This document shows, in pieces, positions 9,929 through 19,387 of a stretch of DNA of 64,000 bases. The stretch is taken from NCBI GenBank assembly GCA_028344675.1, contig JAOMBT010000004.1, positions 4,692 through 68,691 on the forward strand. Direction: 5' to 3'. The notes beneath the pieces are model-generated. The model saw only the letters and a program-made list of their open reading frames with translations, was not told the DNA's origin and made no database searches. Within the stretch, counting starts at the first letter, position 1. Each line of letters begins with the position of its first letter. Source of the DNA: Acidimicrobiaceae bacterium (GTDB lineage Bacteria; Actinomycetota; Acidimicrobiia; Actinomarinales; Actinomarinaceae). The translations under genes were made by a program, and so were the position numbers.

Positions 9929-11132
9929 AAGACCTTCGAAAGCTATAGGTAGTTAACCCAGCAATTACAACTTGTGAAAAAATTATCGATAATACTGCTG
10001 GATTCGTGCCAATACTGTGCATTGTAAAATATATAATATAGGAAAGTACTGAACCGAAAATGATAGTTTTTGTTAGGTTTATTTCAAAATTTAATGCTCT
10101 AGAAAAGATAATATTAATCCTGGACCAAACCATTAATGGAATACAAAATAAAATTTGATAAGTGTATTCAGATACTAAATCAAATTCATCACCCAATAAA
10201 GAAATAAATATGGTTTTTCCAAAATCTTTAAAAATAAAATAAGTTATAGGAATTATAAAAGATGCATAGAAGACCATAATTAATTTACTCCGAATAGAAC
10301 TTACTTCACTTTTATCTTTTGCCTTCGATAGTTCAGGAAACAATATATCTAAACTAGCTGCTAAAAGCTGAAAAATGATTTCTAAAATTCTTCTAGACCA
10401 TGCCAAAACTCCTAAAACAGATCCAGAATAGAACAGTCCTAATAAGACAATATCTAACTCTGAAATTAACGCACTAGAAAATGTAGTAAGAACCATTTTT
10501 TTTCCAGATTTTTGTAAATCGTTTCTCACAGGTTTTCCAGTTTTTGTTTCTAAAACTATTTCGTTTCTAGGAATAGATAAGTGAGCAACAACAAAAAAAG
10601 AGGCCAACATAAAAACTTGGAAAGCAATTAGTAAGGTGATCGAAAAACCTTGAAAAACAATTATCCATGCACCTATGCCATAAATAACAGTTCGAAAAAA
10701 TATTTGTTTAGAACTGGTCACAAAGTCACCTTTTGCTTGAAAATAAGCTAGTGCAACATGAATCATTTCATTAACCACAAATCCGGTAAGAAATAAGGCA
10801 GTCATAGAAATATCTCTTTGAAACACGAAAGTAACTGGAAATAAAATTAATAATGCTATTAAAAAATTTCTAATAATCAAAAAATAAGAATTTGAAAATA
10901 AAAATTTTGAGTATTCATTTTTTTGAGCTAAGTATTTTGTAGTTACCAATGCCAATGACATTACAGTTGCAGTACCTATAAGTACTGATAAGCTTTTAGA
11001 GGAGGCGTATTCACCATAAGTTTCAGCACCATATTCACGACTTATTATTGTAATTAAAAAGAAATTAACAATTAGGAGTGTTAATTGCATTACTGAGATG
11101 TAAACTGTATTTTGTTTCCAATTCTTTAGCAT
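9921..11132 (-). CDS. Polysaccharide flippase (Wzx-like, MOP superfamily)
   Basis: 403 aa, about 12 hydrophobic helices and no soluble domain. Positioned between the AsnB-like gene and the polymerase-like gene. Confidence 0.7.
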   Translation of the reverse strand: MLKNWKQNTVYISVMQLTLLIVNFFLITIISREYGAETYGEYASSKSLSVLIGTATVMSLALVTTKYLAQKNEYSKFLFSNSYFLIIRNFLIALLILFPVTFVFQRDISMTALFLTGFVVNEMIHVALAYFQAKGDFVTSSKQIFFRTVIYGIGAWIIVFQGFSITLLIAFQVFMLASFFVVAHLSIPRNEIVLETKTGKPVRNDLQKSGKKMVLTTFSSALISELDIVLLGLFYSGSVLGVLAWSRRILEIIFQLLAASLDILFPELSKAKDKSEVSSIRSKLIMVFYASFIIPITYFIFKDFGKTIFISLLGDEFDLVSEYTYQILFCIPLMVWSRINIIFSRALNFEINLTKTIIFGSVLSYIIYFTMHSIGTNPAVLSIIFSQVVIAGLTTYSFRRSYD

Positions 11133-12970
11133 TATTTACTCCTACTGATATGCCAATTTGCTAAATTAGATAAATACCATTTTTTTTGATAATCATCCCC
11201 TGCAAGAATTTTTTCAAGTGAACTGCTATTAAATAAACGAGTTGATGAATTAAATTCTTTTATTGAACTGTAGAAATATTCTTGATCTTTCTTAATCCAC
11301 TCTCCCACTGGTGCCCTAAACCCTTGTTTTTTTCTATTAAAAACTTTCTCAGGTATATGTTTTTTAGCTACTTTTTTAAGTAATGGTTTTGTATTTGTTT
11401 TGTTGAAAATAATCTCCTCAGGTATGGATAAAACAAATTCTATTAATTTATGGTCAAGAAATGGTACTCTTGCTTCAATTGACGATTGCATTACGAGCTT
11501 ATCCATACGCATTAATAACAATTCGGGTAGACGAATTTGTAAATCAATAAGTGTCATCCATTTAGAAAGTTTTGCATTTTTATTTGAGAAATAGTCCTTC
11601 CACTTATGATCTACATAATTAACAAGTTGAAATTCTTCAGAAACTCCTCCCATAAGAAGATTATTTATTTCCGGAATGTTAAAACCTAAAGCTCCTCCAG
11701 CAAAAGAGGTTCTATTTAGTAATATGTTTGATAAAAGATTTCCCCTATGGCTTTTGAAACTAAAAGATTTTATATCTTTACTAATAACTGGTTTTACAAA
11801 TCTATTTAACCTAATATATCTTAACCAATGTTCATAGCCATAAAATAGTTCGTCAGCACCTTCGCCAACCTGCACAACTTTTATTCCATTATTTTTAGAA
11901 GATTTTCCTAAAAAATATAGAGGTATGCCAACTTCATCACCTATTAGGTCATCTTGATAAAAAGAGTAATTATCAATTATTTTTTTAAAATCTTCATACT
12001 GAATTTTGTCTTCTATAAGTTGAATACCTATATTAGATGAAGCAAATCTTGCTTCATTAACCTCACCTTTATATCCTTCAAAGTGTTCTTCATAATCTAT
12101 ATTGAAACTTTTTAATACTGAACTTTGATTATTATTCATCAACTTTCCGATTAAAGTTGAATCTAAACCTCCCGACAAGAAAAGTCCTACTTCAACATCG
12201 CTGACTTGACGATATTCAACTGACTCTATAAGTAAGTCCTCTACTTTGCTAACTGCCTCTTTTTCACTCATATCGTTATTAATTTCAATAGAGAAAGGGT
12301 CCCAATATTTAGCTTTTTCAATACTTCCATCATTCGTAATTTTTAAATATTGTCCAGGTTCTACTTTTGAAATATATTTATTTCCTGTCTTATCAGCTGG
12401 AACACATAAGTGTCTTAAGTAAGCAATGTATGAGTCAATATCTGGTGTAAAAGTTACTATTCCAGATTTTTCTATTGCCTTTAGTTCTGAACTAAAAATA
12501 AAGCTTTTTTCATTAATTGAAAAATACAGTGGCTTAATTCCCACCCTATCTCTTGCTAAAAAAAATGACCCTTCTAATGAGTCATAAATTCCAAATGCAA
12601 ACTGTCCTCTTAGAAGATTAAGAATATCTTTGCCATATTTTATATAGCCTTCAAGGAGAACTTCTGTATCTCCACCAGTAGAAAATACAGTACCCTTTGA
12701 TTCAAGTAGTTTTCTTATTTCTTTAAAGTTATAAATTTCACCATTAAATACAATGGAAAATCTTTTGTCGATAGAGTGCATTGGCTGATTAGATCTAGAA
12801 TCTAAATCAATTATTGCTAATCTTGTATGAATTAAAGATACATTTTCATCTATATAATCAATTTTTGAAAAATCTGGACCTCTATGTTCTAGAGAATTTT
12901 TTATTATATTTGATATTTCTGGATTTATCTTTGATTTATCAAAGTTAAATATTCCAGCTATTCCACACAT
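11132..12970 (-). CDS. asnB: Asparagine synthase (glutamine-hydrolysing) family amidotransferase, glycan-locus type (WbpS-like)
   Basis: N-terminal nucleophile MCGIAGIF. PP-loop FLSGGLDST. 612 aa. Embedded in the polysaccharide operon. Confidence 0.9.
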   Translation of the reverse strand: MCGIAGIFNFDKSKINPEISNIIKNSLEHRGPDFSKIDYIDENVSLIHTRLAIIDLDSRSNQPMHSIDKRFSIVFNGEIYNFKEIRKLLESKGTVFSTGGDTEVLLEGYIKYGKDILNLLRGQFAFGIYDSLEGSFFLARDRVGIKPLYFSINEKSFIFSSELKAIEKSGIVTFTPDIDSYIAYLRHLCVPADKTGNKYISKVEPGQYLKITNDGSIEKAKYWDPFSIEINNDMSEKEAVSKVEDLLIESVEYRQVSDVEVGLFLSGGLDSTLIGKLMNNNQSSVLKSFNIDYEEHFEGYKGEVNEARFASSNIGIQLIEDKIQYEDFKKIIDNYSFYQDDLIGDEVGIPLYFLGKSSKNNGIKVVQVGEGADELFYGYEHWLRYIRLNRFVKPVISKDIKSFSFKSHRGNLLSNILLNRTSFAGGALGFNIPEINNLLMGGVSEEFQLVNYVDHKWKDYFSNKNAKLSKWMTLIDLQIRLPELLLMRMDKLVMQSSIEARVPFLDHKLIEFVLSIPEEIIFNKTNTKPLLKKVAKKHIPEKVFNRKKQGFRAPVGEWIKKDQEYFYSSIKEFNSSTRLFNSSSLEKILAGDDYQKKWYLSNLANWHISRSK

Positions 12971-12980
12971 TAATTTAACT

Positions 12981-13014
12981 TTAATGTTGAATTTATTTAA
13001 TTGAATAACATTAA
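12981..13014. repeat. Inverted repeat TTAATGTT-N18-AACATTAA in a divergent promoter region
   Basis: Read directly: 12981-12988 TTAATGTT and 13007-13014 AACATTAA are perfect reverse complements. The repeat lies in the 65-nt gap between the asnB-like start (12970) and the phosphoglycosyl transferase start (13036). Function unknown. Confidence 0.5.
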
Positions 13015-13035
13015 TTTATATAGTTTATTATAAAG

Positions 13036-13659
13036 ATGATGATTAAAAGATTATTCGATATAGGAACAATTTTAATTTTTTCACCAATTTTTATACCTTT
13101 AATTTTTATTATTTCATTAGTTTTATTCATAAAACAAGGTCTACCGATATTTTTTGTTCAAAATAGGGTTGGTAAAAATAATAAAATTTTCAAATTGTAC
13201 AAATTTAGAACAATGGAAGTAAGTGCTGAGGAAGATTTTCATAAATCGCACTATTTAGATTTAGCAAAAGGGAAAAATATAGAACCTAGCAACTCACCTT
13301 TAGAACCAATTCGAATAGAGAATGATGACAGGATTACATCATTAGGATCACTGCTAAGAAAAACTTCATTAGATGAACTTCCAAATATTCTTAATGTTTT
13401 AAAAGGTGATATGTCTCTTGTTGGACCAAGGCCTTTAGTTGGATATGAGTCTGATTTGTATGGAAAGTATAACTCTAAACGTAATTCTGTTCTGCCAGGA
13501 GTTACTGGTTTAGCTCAAGTACAAGGAAGATTAGATTTAAGTTTACAAGAACGTCTTTATTGGGATTTAAAATATATTGAAGATAATTCTTTTTCAGATG
13601 ACATCAAAATAATAATTAAAACTATATCCTCTGTCTTGACTAAAAAAGGTGCGAATTAA
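13036..13659 (+). CDS. Small initiating phosphoglycosyl transferase (bacterial sugar transferase, PglC/WbaP C-terminal type)
   Basis: A single N-terminal re-entrant helix, then KLYKFRTM and SLDELPNILNVLKGDMSLVGPRP, the Bac_transf signature. Confidence 0.9.
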   Translation: MMIKRLFDIGTILIFSPIFIPLIFIISLVLFIKQGLPIFFVQNRVGKNNKIFKLYKFRTMEVSAEEDFHKSHYLDLAKGKNIEPSNSPLEPIRIENDDRITSLGSLLRKTSLDELPNILNVLKGDMSLVGPRPLVGYESDLYGKYNSKRNSVLPGVTGLAQVQGRLDLSLQERLYWDLKYIEDNSFSDDIKIIIKTISSVLTKKGAN

Positions 13660-14828
13660 ATCAATTCCATATATTGCTTAACTACCAAATCCACATTGGC
13701 AAAATGGTTATTCATTTCTGATATATTTGAATAAATTTGTTTTAAAAAACTATCATCTTCTAGCTTATTTAATTTAATATCAATATCTTGGTCATTTGGA
13801 TCAATATTGATACCTAGTTGAAATTTATCTATAAATTTAGCCAAACTAGATTCAGGATGTGAATAACCAATTAAGATTTTATTCATTTTTAAATAGTCGA
13901 ATGTTTTACCTGGAAAGCCTTCTACAGTAATTTTTGATGATAAAGATACAAGAGCATAAGGAATCTCACGTGTTAAATAGACTAATTTTTCTCTAGAAAC
14001 ATACGAGTTAACTTCTACATGTGGACTACTCCGTTCACAAATCTTTTCATACTGACTGCCAGAACCGAAAATAGTTAATTTATAATTTTTCCTTGATTTT
14101 GAAAAGGTATCTATAAATGATTCAATATTTTGAGGAGTACCTAAGTTTCCAGCATACATAATATTTTTTGAAATTTTTTTACATTTTAGAACTTCGGGCT
14201 CGTTTGCAAAATGATAAATGACCTTAATTTTATCTTTTTGTATATTTCTATTTTCAATTAAGAATTTTTTAAGTTGATCTGAATTAGCAACCACATAATC
14301 TATATTTTTTAAACAATAATTATCAATCCATTTAAAAATTCTGTGTAAAAAATTGAAGTTTAATTCGTTTAATTTATCAGCTATTTCGGGATAAAGTTCC
14401 CATACAGAATATATTGTATTTTTTCTCAATATCTTTTTAGTAAATATGGCAATTAAATTCATAGTTGGTGGGTAGCTAAATATAAAAATTGTATCAAAAT
14501 TTTTCCTATTCTTGACTAAGTAGACTAAAGATTTTTTATGATAACTAACCCACTGCATAATTCTTTTAGTTCTACTAAAAGATCTCTTTGAAGAAGACAA
14601 GTGTGTAATTTTCACACCATTATATAAAGAAACATAAGTGTTTCTTGAAACTTTTGTTAATCCTTCTTCAGCAAAGTCATCTGAGTCGAAACGGTATTGT
14701 GGAGTAGATGCTAAAATCTCAATATCAATATTATTATCTTTAAATTTAGATGCAATATCAGCAACTAACTTACCTGTAGATACTTGATCTGGTGGAATTG
14801 TTAAAGAATGAAATAAAACTTTTTTCAT
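13656..14828 (-). CDS. Glycosyltransferase family 4 (WbuB-like, as found after L-FucNAc-type pathways)
   Basis: N-terminus MKKVLFHSLTIPPDQVSTGKLVADIA is typical of WbuB-type GT4. It directly follows a 2-epimerase gene with a 4-nt overlap. Confidence 0.7.
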   Translation of the reverse strand: MKKVLFHSLTIPPDQVSTGKLVADIASKFKDNNIDIEILASTPQYRFDSDDFAEEGLTKVSRNTYVSLYNGVKITHLSSSKRSFSRTKRIMQWVSYHKKSLVYLVKNRKNFDTIFIFSYPPTMNLIAIFTKKILRKNTIYSVWELYPEIADKLNELNFNFLHRIFKWIDNYCLKNIDYVVANSDQLKKFLIENRNIQKDKIKVIYHFANEPEVLKCKKISKNIMYAGNLGTPQNIESFIDTFSKSRKNYKLTIFGSGSQYEKICERSSPHVEVNSYVSREKLVYLTREIPYALVSLSSKITVEGFPGKTFDYLKMNKILIGYSHPESSLAKFIDKFQLGINIDPNDQDIDIKLNKLEDDSFLKQIYSNISEMNNHFANVDLVVKQYMELI

Positions 14829-15979
14829 TCTTTAAATGAATTACTTATATCAAAAGAGTAATCAGATGGTTTATGTTTTTTAAAATCATTGCTATTACAA
14901 AGTTCAATTAAATCTTCGACAATAATTTTTGAAGAGTTTCCATCTCCAAAAGGATTCTCCCAATTTTTCTCTAAAGATTTAACATCATTCAATATTTTAT
15001 TAAAATCTATATTTTTATTAGTAGGATCAAATTTAATAGACGCTTTTACATCATATACTTCTGGCCTTTCAGTTGAGTATCTCATTTGAATTGAAGGGAT
15101 ACCCATAATGCATGCCTCTTCCACAACTGTACCGGAATCAGTTGCAACAAAATTAGAATTTTTTAATAAGTACATAAATTCTAAGTAACCTATTGGATCA
15201 ATTACTTTAATATTATCATTTAACTTAAGATCAGAATTCTCAAGAATTTCTTGGGTTTTATAACCCATTGGAAAAACAACATTTTCATCGTTTATAGAAT
15301 TTAAAAGGCTAATTATATTTGTAAAACTTTCAATATCTAAAATATTTTCTCTTCTATGACTAGTTACTAAGACATAATCATTTTCAATAATATTTTGTAC
15401 TTCATTATCCAAATAATTTAAGCCAGAGTCAAAATGCTTAGTATTTTCATTGATAATATCAACAATAGGATTTCCGGTTACTTTTATAATATTTTTACTT
15501 ATCCCTTCATTTAGCCCTTGTTGCCTGTAGCTATTTAAGTACGCATATATTCTGTCGGAGAGGTGATCTATAACTGTTCTATATTTTTCCTCTGGCATTC
15601 GCCAATCATACGACCTCATACAGCCTTCTATATGAACTATAGGTATGTTATGTTGTGCTGCTGCAATTGAACCCATTACTGTATTGGTATCTCCTAAAAA
15701 AACAACAGCTTTATATTTATGTTTTTCAAAATGATTAAACAAATTTGTAATTGTTGAGGATACTATAGTTGCATCACTTTTTGTATCGACTGTAAATTCA
15801 AAATTAGGTATTGGCACATTTAATTGCTGAAAAAAAGTATCTTTCATATTTTCTGAATAATGCTGGCCGGACCAAATGAAATCAAATTCAATTTCATTTT
15901 GATTGTTTAACAATTTTAAAATTTTACTGGCCCTTATAACATCTGGTCTAATGCCTAAAACTATTGCTAAGTCTTTCAT
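14825..15979 (-). CDS. UDP-N-acetylglucosamine 2-epimerase family (FnlC/CapG-like); second paralog in the window
   Basis: VLGIRPDVIRASKIL, HIEGCMRS, MPEEKYR and DSGTVVEEA are Epimerase_2 motifs. Confidence 0.85.
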   Translation of the reverse strand: MKDLAIVLGIRPDVIRASKILKLLNNQNEIEFDFIWSGQHYSENMKDTFFQQLNVPIPNFEFTVDTKSDATIVSSTITNLFNHFEKHKYKAVVFLGDTNTVMGSIAAAQHNIPIVHIEGCMRSYDWRMPEEKYRTVIDHLSDRIYAYLNSYRQQGLNEGISKNIIKVTGNPIVDIINENTKHFDSGLNYLDNEVQNIIENDYVLVTSHRRENILDIESFTNIISLLNSINDENVVFPMGYKTQEILENSDLKLNDNIKVIDPIGYLEFMYLLKNSNFVATDSGTVVEEACIMGIPSIQMRYSTERPEVYDVKASIKFDPTNKNIDFNKILNDVKSLEKNWENPFGDGNSSKIIVEDLIELCNSNDFKKHKPSDYSFDISNSFKE

Positions 15980-15980
15980 A

Positions 15981-16901
15981 TTAATTCATAATCCTATTGG
16001 TAAATTCACAATTGTATAATTCTTCTATATTTTCCTCTACAGTTGGAACTTCCTTATAACCAGCATTTTTCCATAAAGTTGAATTTAAATTTTCATTATT
16101 TGTTTTCAATGTTCTATCAATAACACTTGCTGCGTCTATATGATTAATTTTTACATCCTTCATAAAATATTGTTGAAACTGTTCTAGCAACTGTGCTTTT
16201 GATATCGAATTACTAGGTACCAAATGTTGAGTTCTAAAATCTAGCGAATTGTCTTTAATAATTCCTTCAGTGACTTTTGCAAAATTTAATGTAGTAACTC
16301 CATTCCATAAATGGTTTTTATACCCTGACACTTCTAAATCATCATTTTTAAGAAACCAATTCATTAAAGAGAAGCCTTTGCCACTCTCAGGCCCAATTAT
16401 GCTAGATCTCAAAACAGATTTGTTATGACCTTCAATCTCACCTACAATTTTTGATTTACCGTATAAATCATCAGCGTCCTTAAAAGAATCTTCCGAATAG
16501 TTTCCATCGAATCCAGAAAAAACACAATCTGTTCCTATTTGTATGTATTTAATATTGTTTTTTGAAGCAATTTTTTGAATACTCAGTGGAAAATAGGAGT
16601 TGGTTAATATTGTGTTCGAAACTGATATATTATCCTTTTCATTTATTTTTGGTTTAATAACTCCTATACAATTAACAATAAATTTGTAATGATTTTCATT
16701 TATAATCTCTTCAAGCTCATTTTGAATATTTTGGCTAGCATCAAATATATGATGATTATCTTTAAAATTGCTTACTATAAATTCTGTTGCATTCCTTGAA
16801 GTAACATCAACAATTAAATCTTCACTTGAACTTAGATGAAGGGAGACCATTTTACCCAACATTCCATTTGCACCTAGAACTAGTACCTTGGAGTTACTCA
16901 T
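15981..16901 (-). CDS. NAD(P)-dependent sugar reductase (RmlD/CapF-N-terminal-like SDR)
   Basis: VLVLGANGMLGKMV Rossmann motif, and YGKSK (Y-x-x-x-K). I moved the start from the track's 16964 to ATG 16901 (MSNSKVLVLG). This gives an 8-nt overlap with the cupin gene instead of 71 nt. Confidence 0.65.
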   Translation of the reverse strand: MSNSKVLVLGANGMLGKMVSLHLSSSEDLIVDVTSRNATEFIVSNFKDNHHIFDASQNIQNELEEIINENHYKFIVNCIGVIKPKINEKDNISVSNTILTNSYFPLSIQKIASKNNIKYIQIGTDCVFSGFDGNYSEDSFKDADDLYGKSKIVGEIEGHNKSVLRSSIIGPESGKGFSLMNWFLKNDDLEVSGYKNHLWNGVTTLNFAKVTEGIIKDNSLDFRTQHLVPSNSISKAQLLEQFQQYFMKDVKINHIDAASVIDRTLKTNNENLNSTLWKNAGYKEVPTVEENIEELYNCEFTNRIMN

Positions 16902-17352
16902 AAATTTCCGGTGAATACTCATCCCAAGTATTCCAAAATTTAGGATCAAATCTATAATCATCATTTGAAGAATCCTCTAAATTTAAAGATGAAAAATAAA
17001 TTGCCTTACTGTTAGGAATTAAATTAATTGCACCATTCGCATATCCAGGAGGGACATAGACTACACCTGTATTTTCACTCAAAACGAACTTATCAACTTT
17101 ATTTTCTAAAGAAGGGTTATCCCAGTCATTTATTTTAACTGCACCGACAACAAACTCTCCTTTTATTACTTTGATTAATTTAGCTTCAATTTTGTGACCA
17201 TGCCAAGCTCTTACTGTTCCTTTTGTAGGGTTAGATACTATATAGAATCTTTTAAATACTTCTAAATTTAAAGTGTTGTAGTACTCAAGAGACCCTCTGT
17301 GATCAGTAGATTCTCCTTTTTCAAATAATGTAGGTTCAACTATTTCTTTCAT
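16894..17352 (-). CDS. Cupin-fold sugar epimerase/ketoisomerase (RmlC/FdtA/CapF-C-terminal-like)
   Basis: 152 aa. DHRGSL near the N-terminus, VRAWHGHK, and PPGYANG are typical of small nucleotide-sugar cupins. Confidence 0.65.
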   Translation of the reverse strand: MKEIVEPTLFEKGESTDHRGSLEYYNTLNLEVFKRFYIVSNPTKGTVRAWHGHKIEAKLIKVIKGEFVVGAVKINDWDNPSLENKVDKFVLSENTGVVYVPPGYANGAINLIPNSKAIYFSSLNLEDSSNDDYRFDPKFWNTWDEYSPEIYE

Positions 17353-18287
17353 TAATTTATGCCATATTTTTCAAGGAAATTTTGATTTGAGTAACGAACA
17401 TGATTCACATTTTTTATTCTGTTACTTGATATAAGATTATAAACTTCATCTACTCCTGTTAAAAGTTCAACTTCAGACCTAAAGCCTGTCTCATTAAATA
17501 ATTTCTCGCTACTGACTTGATAATTTCTAGCATCCTGGAATTTCATAGGAGTTGTTTCAATGCTCGCTTGTGGAATTTTGTTAACTATGGTTTTTGCAAT
17601 ATCAATAATTTTATAATTTTTATAATGTAAATTAAAAATTCCTGTTACTTCAGAATCTAAAGTGTGGTTAATTGCATTTGCTACATCCACAACGTGTAAC
17701 AGCGGTCTCCACTGATCTCCACCAAATACAGTTAATTTGCCTTCTGTTAAAGCTTTAGTCACCAAAATATTTACAACTAAATCAAGTCTTATTCTTGAAA
17801 ACTCATCACTTATTCCAAAGAGGGTCCCCAACCTAAAAATTATAGAATTTGTGCCTTTTAAATATTCTTCAGCCTGCACTTTTGAAGAAGCGTATTCTGA
17901 AAGAGGATTAACAGAAGAATTTTCATCTAGTAATCCATCTTGAGCACCGTAAACAGAGCAAGTTGAAAGAAATACAATTCTTTTTTTAAAATTTTCTACT
18001 AAGAATTTTACCGATTCTGAATTAATTTCAAATGTTAGCTTTGGATTAATTGCACAAGCACCGTCTCCAACTAGTGCTGCAAGCCAAATAACTGAGTCTG
18101 CGTGATCTAATAAAGGAAGTAACTTATCTGTATCTCTAATATCACCATTTACAAAAGTTACATCTTTCCTGTATGATTCTTCATAGATTAAAGAGTCATA
18201 AACAGTAACATTGTGTTGCTCTTTAAGCTTATCAACTATGCCTCCTCCGACATAACCAGCACCACCTACAACTAAAATATTCACCAT
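17352..18287 (-). CDS. NAD-dependent epimerase/dehydratase (extended SDR)
   Basis: VVGGAGYVGGGIV Rossmann motif, STCSVYG, and YASSKVQAE (Y-x-x-x-K). Confidence 0.75.
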   Translation of the reverse strand: MVNILVVGGAGYVGGGIVDKLKEQHNVTVYDSLIYEESYRKDVTFVNGDIRDTDKLLPLLDHADSVIWLAALVGDGACAINPKLTFEINSESVKFLVENFKKRIVFLSTCSVYGAQDGLLDENSSVNPLSEYASSKVQAEEYLKGTNSIIFRLGTLFGISDEFSRIRLDLVVNILVTKALTEGKLTVFGGDQWRPLLHVVDVANAINHTLDSEVTGIFNLHYKNYKIIDIAKTIVNKIPQASIETTPMKFQDARNYQVSSEKLFNETGFRSEVELLTGVDEVYNLISSNRIKNVNHVRYSNQNFLEKYGIN

Positions 18288-18304
18288 TTAATACTATCTG
18301 CTAC

Positions 18305-19387
18305 TTAATCATTTAGGAGTTTTATATAATAATTTTCATAGTTAGAACTGGCAATATCAATGGAGAACTCTGATATTATTTTTTCTTTTTGTTTTTTTTG
18401 CACTTCTTTTTTAAAGTCTTCATCTTCTAATATTTTTTTTACTAAATTAGCTACTTCCTTGAAATTTTTTGAATCAACTAGGGTGCCATGTGTATTATCC
18501 ACAAATTCACTCAACGGTGCGATATTTGAACATATTACAGGAGTGTTATTCTCAATTGCTTCTAAAACAACTAGGCCAAAGCCTTCTGAATCTGATAGGA
18601 ATAAAAACAAATCAATTTTTGAAAAAAAATCGTCAATCATTTCGTAATGTTCATGGAAAGATACATAATCTTGAATGCCTTTTTTATTGACTAAATTAAT
18701 TAGAGTATTTTTATAATTAATATCATCTGAGCCAGCAAATATTAAATTAAAATTTACATTTTGTTCTTTTAGTATTACTGCAGTATCTATAACCCTATCC
18801 CAACCCTTCCATGGCAACATTCTTGCTGCCATTCCTATAGTGTTATTATTAGATAATTTTTCATCCCTATCATGTAGCTCTACTCCATAATGAACAGTTG
18901 TAATTAAATCTAAGTTAATTTTATGTTCCTCAACTAACCAGTTAGAAATTTTGTTTGAGATTGCAATAATTCCTTCAGATTGATTTAGGATAAATTTCCA
19001 AAATATGTTGAATACTGAATATTTTATTTTAGATTCATTAGTTCTTGTACCATACTGAGCATGAACTGAAATAATATGTATAAAATTCTTTTTTATAAAC
19101 TTAAGCAAACCAACAAAAAAGTCAGCTTTTGGAAGATGACTATGAACAATTTTATAATTATTCGTATTAATTAATTTATTAATTTCAAAAATATTAAAAA
19201 AACCATTTTTTGAATAAATATTGACGTCAACTAAATTTTGTTCTATTGAATTACCTTTTTTATAGAAATCACAAGTAAATATATCTATTTCAAAATTTTT
19301 AAAATTAGAAATTAAATTGGCTATTTGGACTTCTGCACCATCTTTTTTCAAAGTTGGGACAATATACAGTATTTTTTCTTTATTCAT
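18305..19387 (-). CDS. Glycosyltransferase family 4
   Basis: LSDSEGFGLVVLEAIENNTPVICSNIAPLSEFV is the E-x7-E region. I moved the start from 19453 to ATG 19387 (MNKEKILYIVPT). The longer form would overlap the upstream gene by 74 nt. Confidence 0.8.
   Translation of the reverse strand: MNKEKILYIVPTLKKDGAEVQIANLISNFKNFEIDIFTCDFYKKGNSIEQNLVDVNIYSKNGFFNIFEINKLINTNNYKIVHSHLPKADFFVGLLKFIKKNFIHIISVHAQYGTRTNESKIKYSVFNIFWKFILNQSEGIIAISNKISNWLVEEHKINLDLITTVHYGVELHDRDEKLSNNNTIGMAARMLPWKGWDRVIDTAVILKEQNVNFNLIFAGSDDINYKNTLINLVNKKGIQDYVSFHEHYEMIDDFFSKIDLFLFLSDSEGFGLVVLEAIENNTPVICSNIAPLSEFVDNTHGTLVDSKNFKEVANLVKKILEDEDFKKEVQKKQKEKIISEFSIDIASSNYENYYIKLLND

Noticed and set aside
16902-16964. Long N-terminal extensions in the track that create 40-74-nt overlaps with upstream genes. 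They are at 16902-16964, 19388-19453, 39397-39426, 51915-51953, 3692-3739 and 45694-45702.
   Set aside because: In each case an internal ATG restores the family-typical N-terminus (for example MSNSKVLVLGANG, MNKEKILYIVPT, MKIKNFSAGPS). It also reduces the overlap to the 1-11 nt seen elsewhere in the window.
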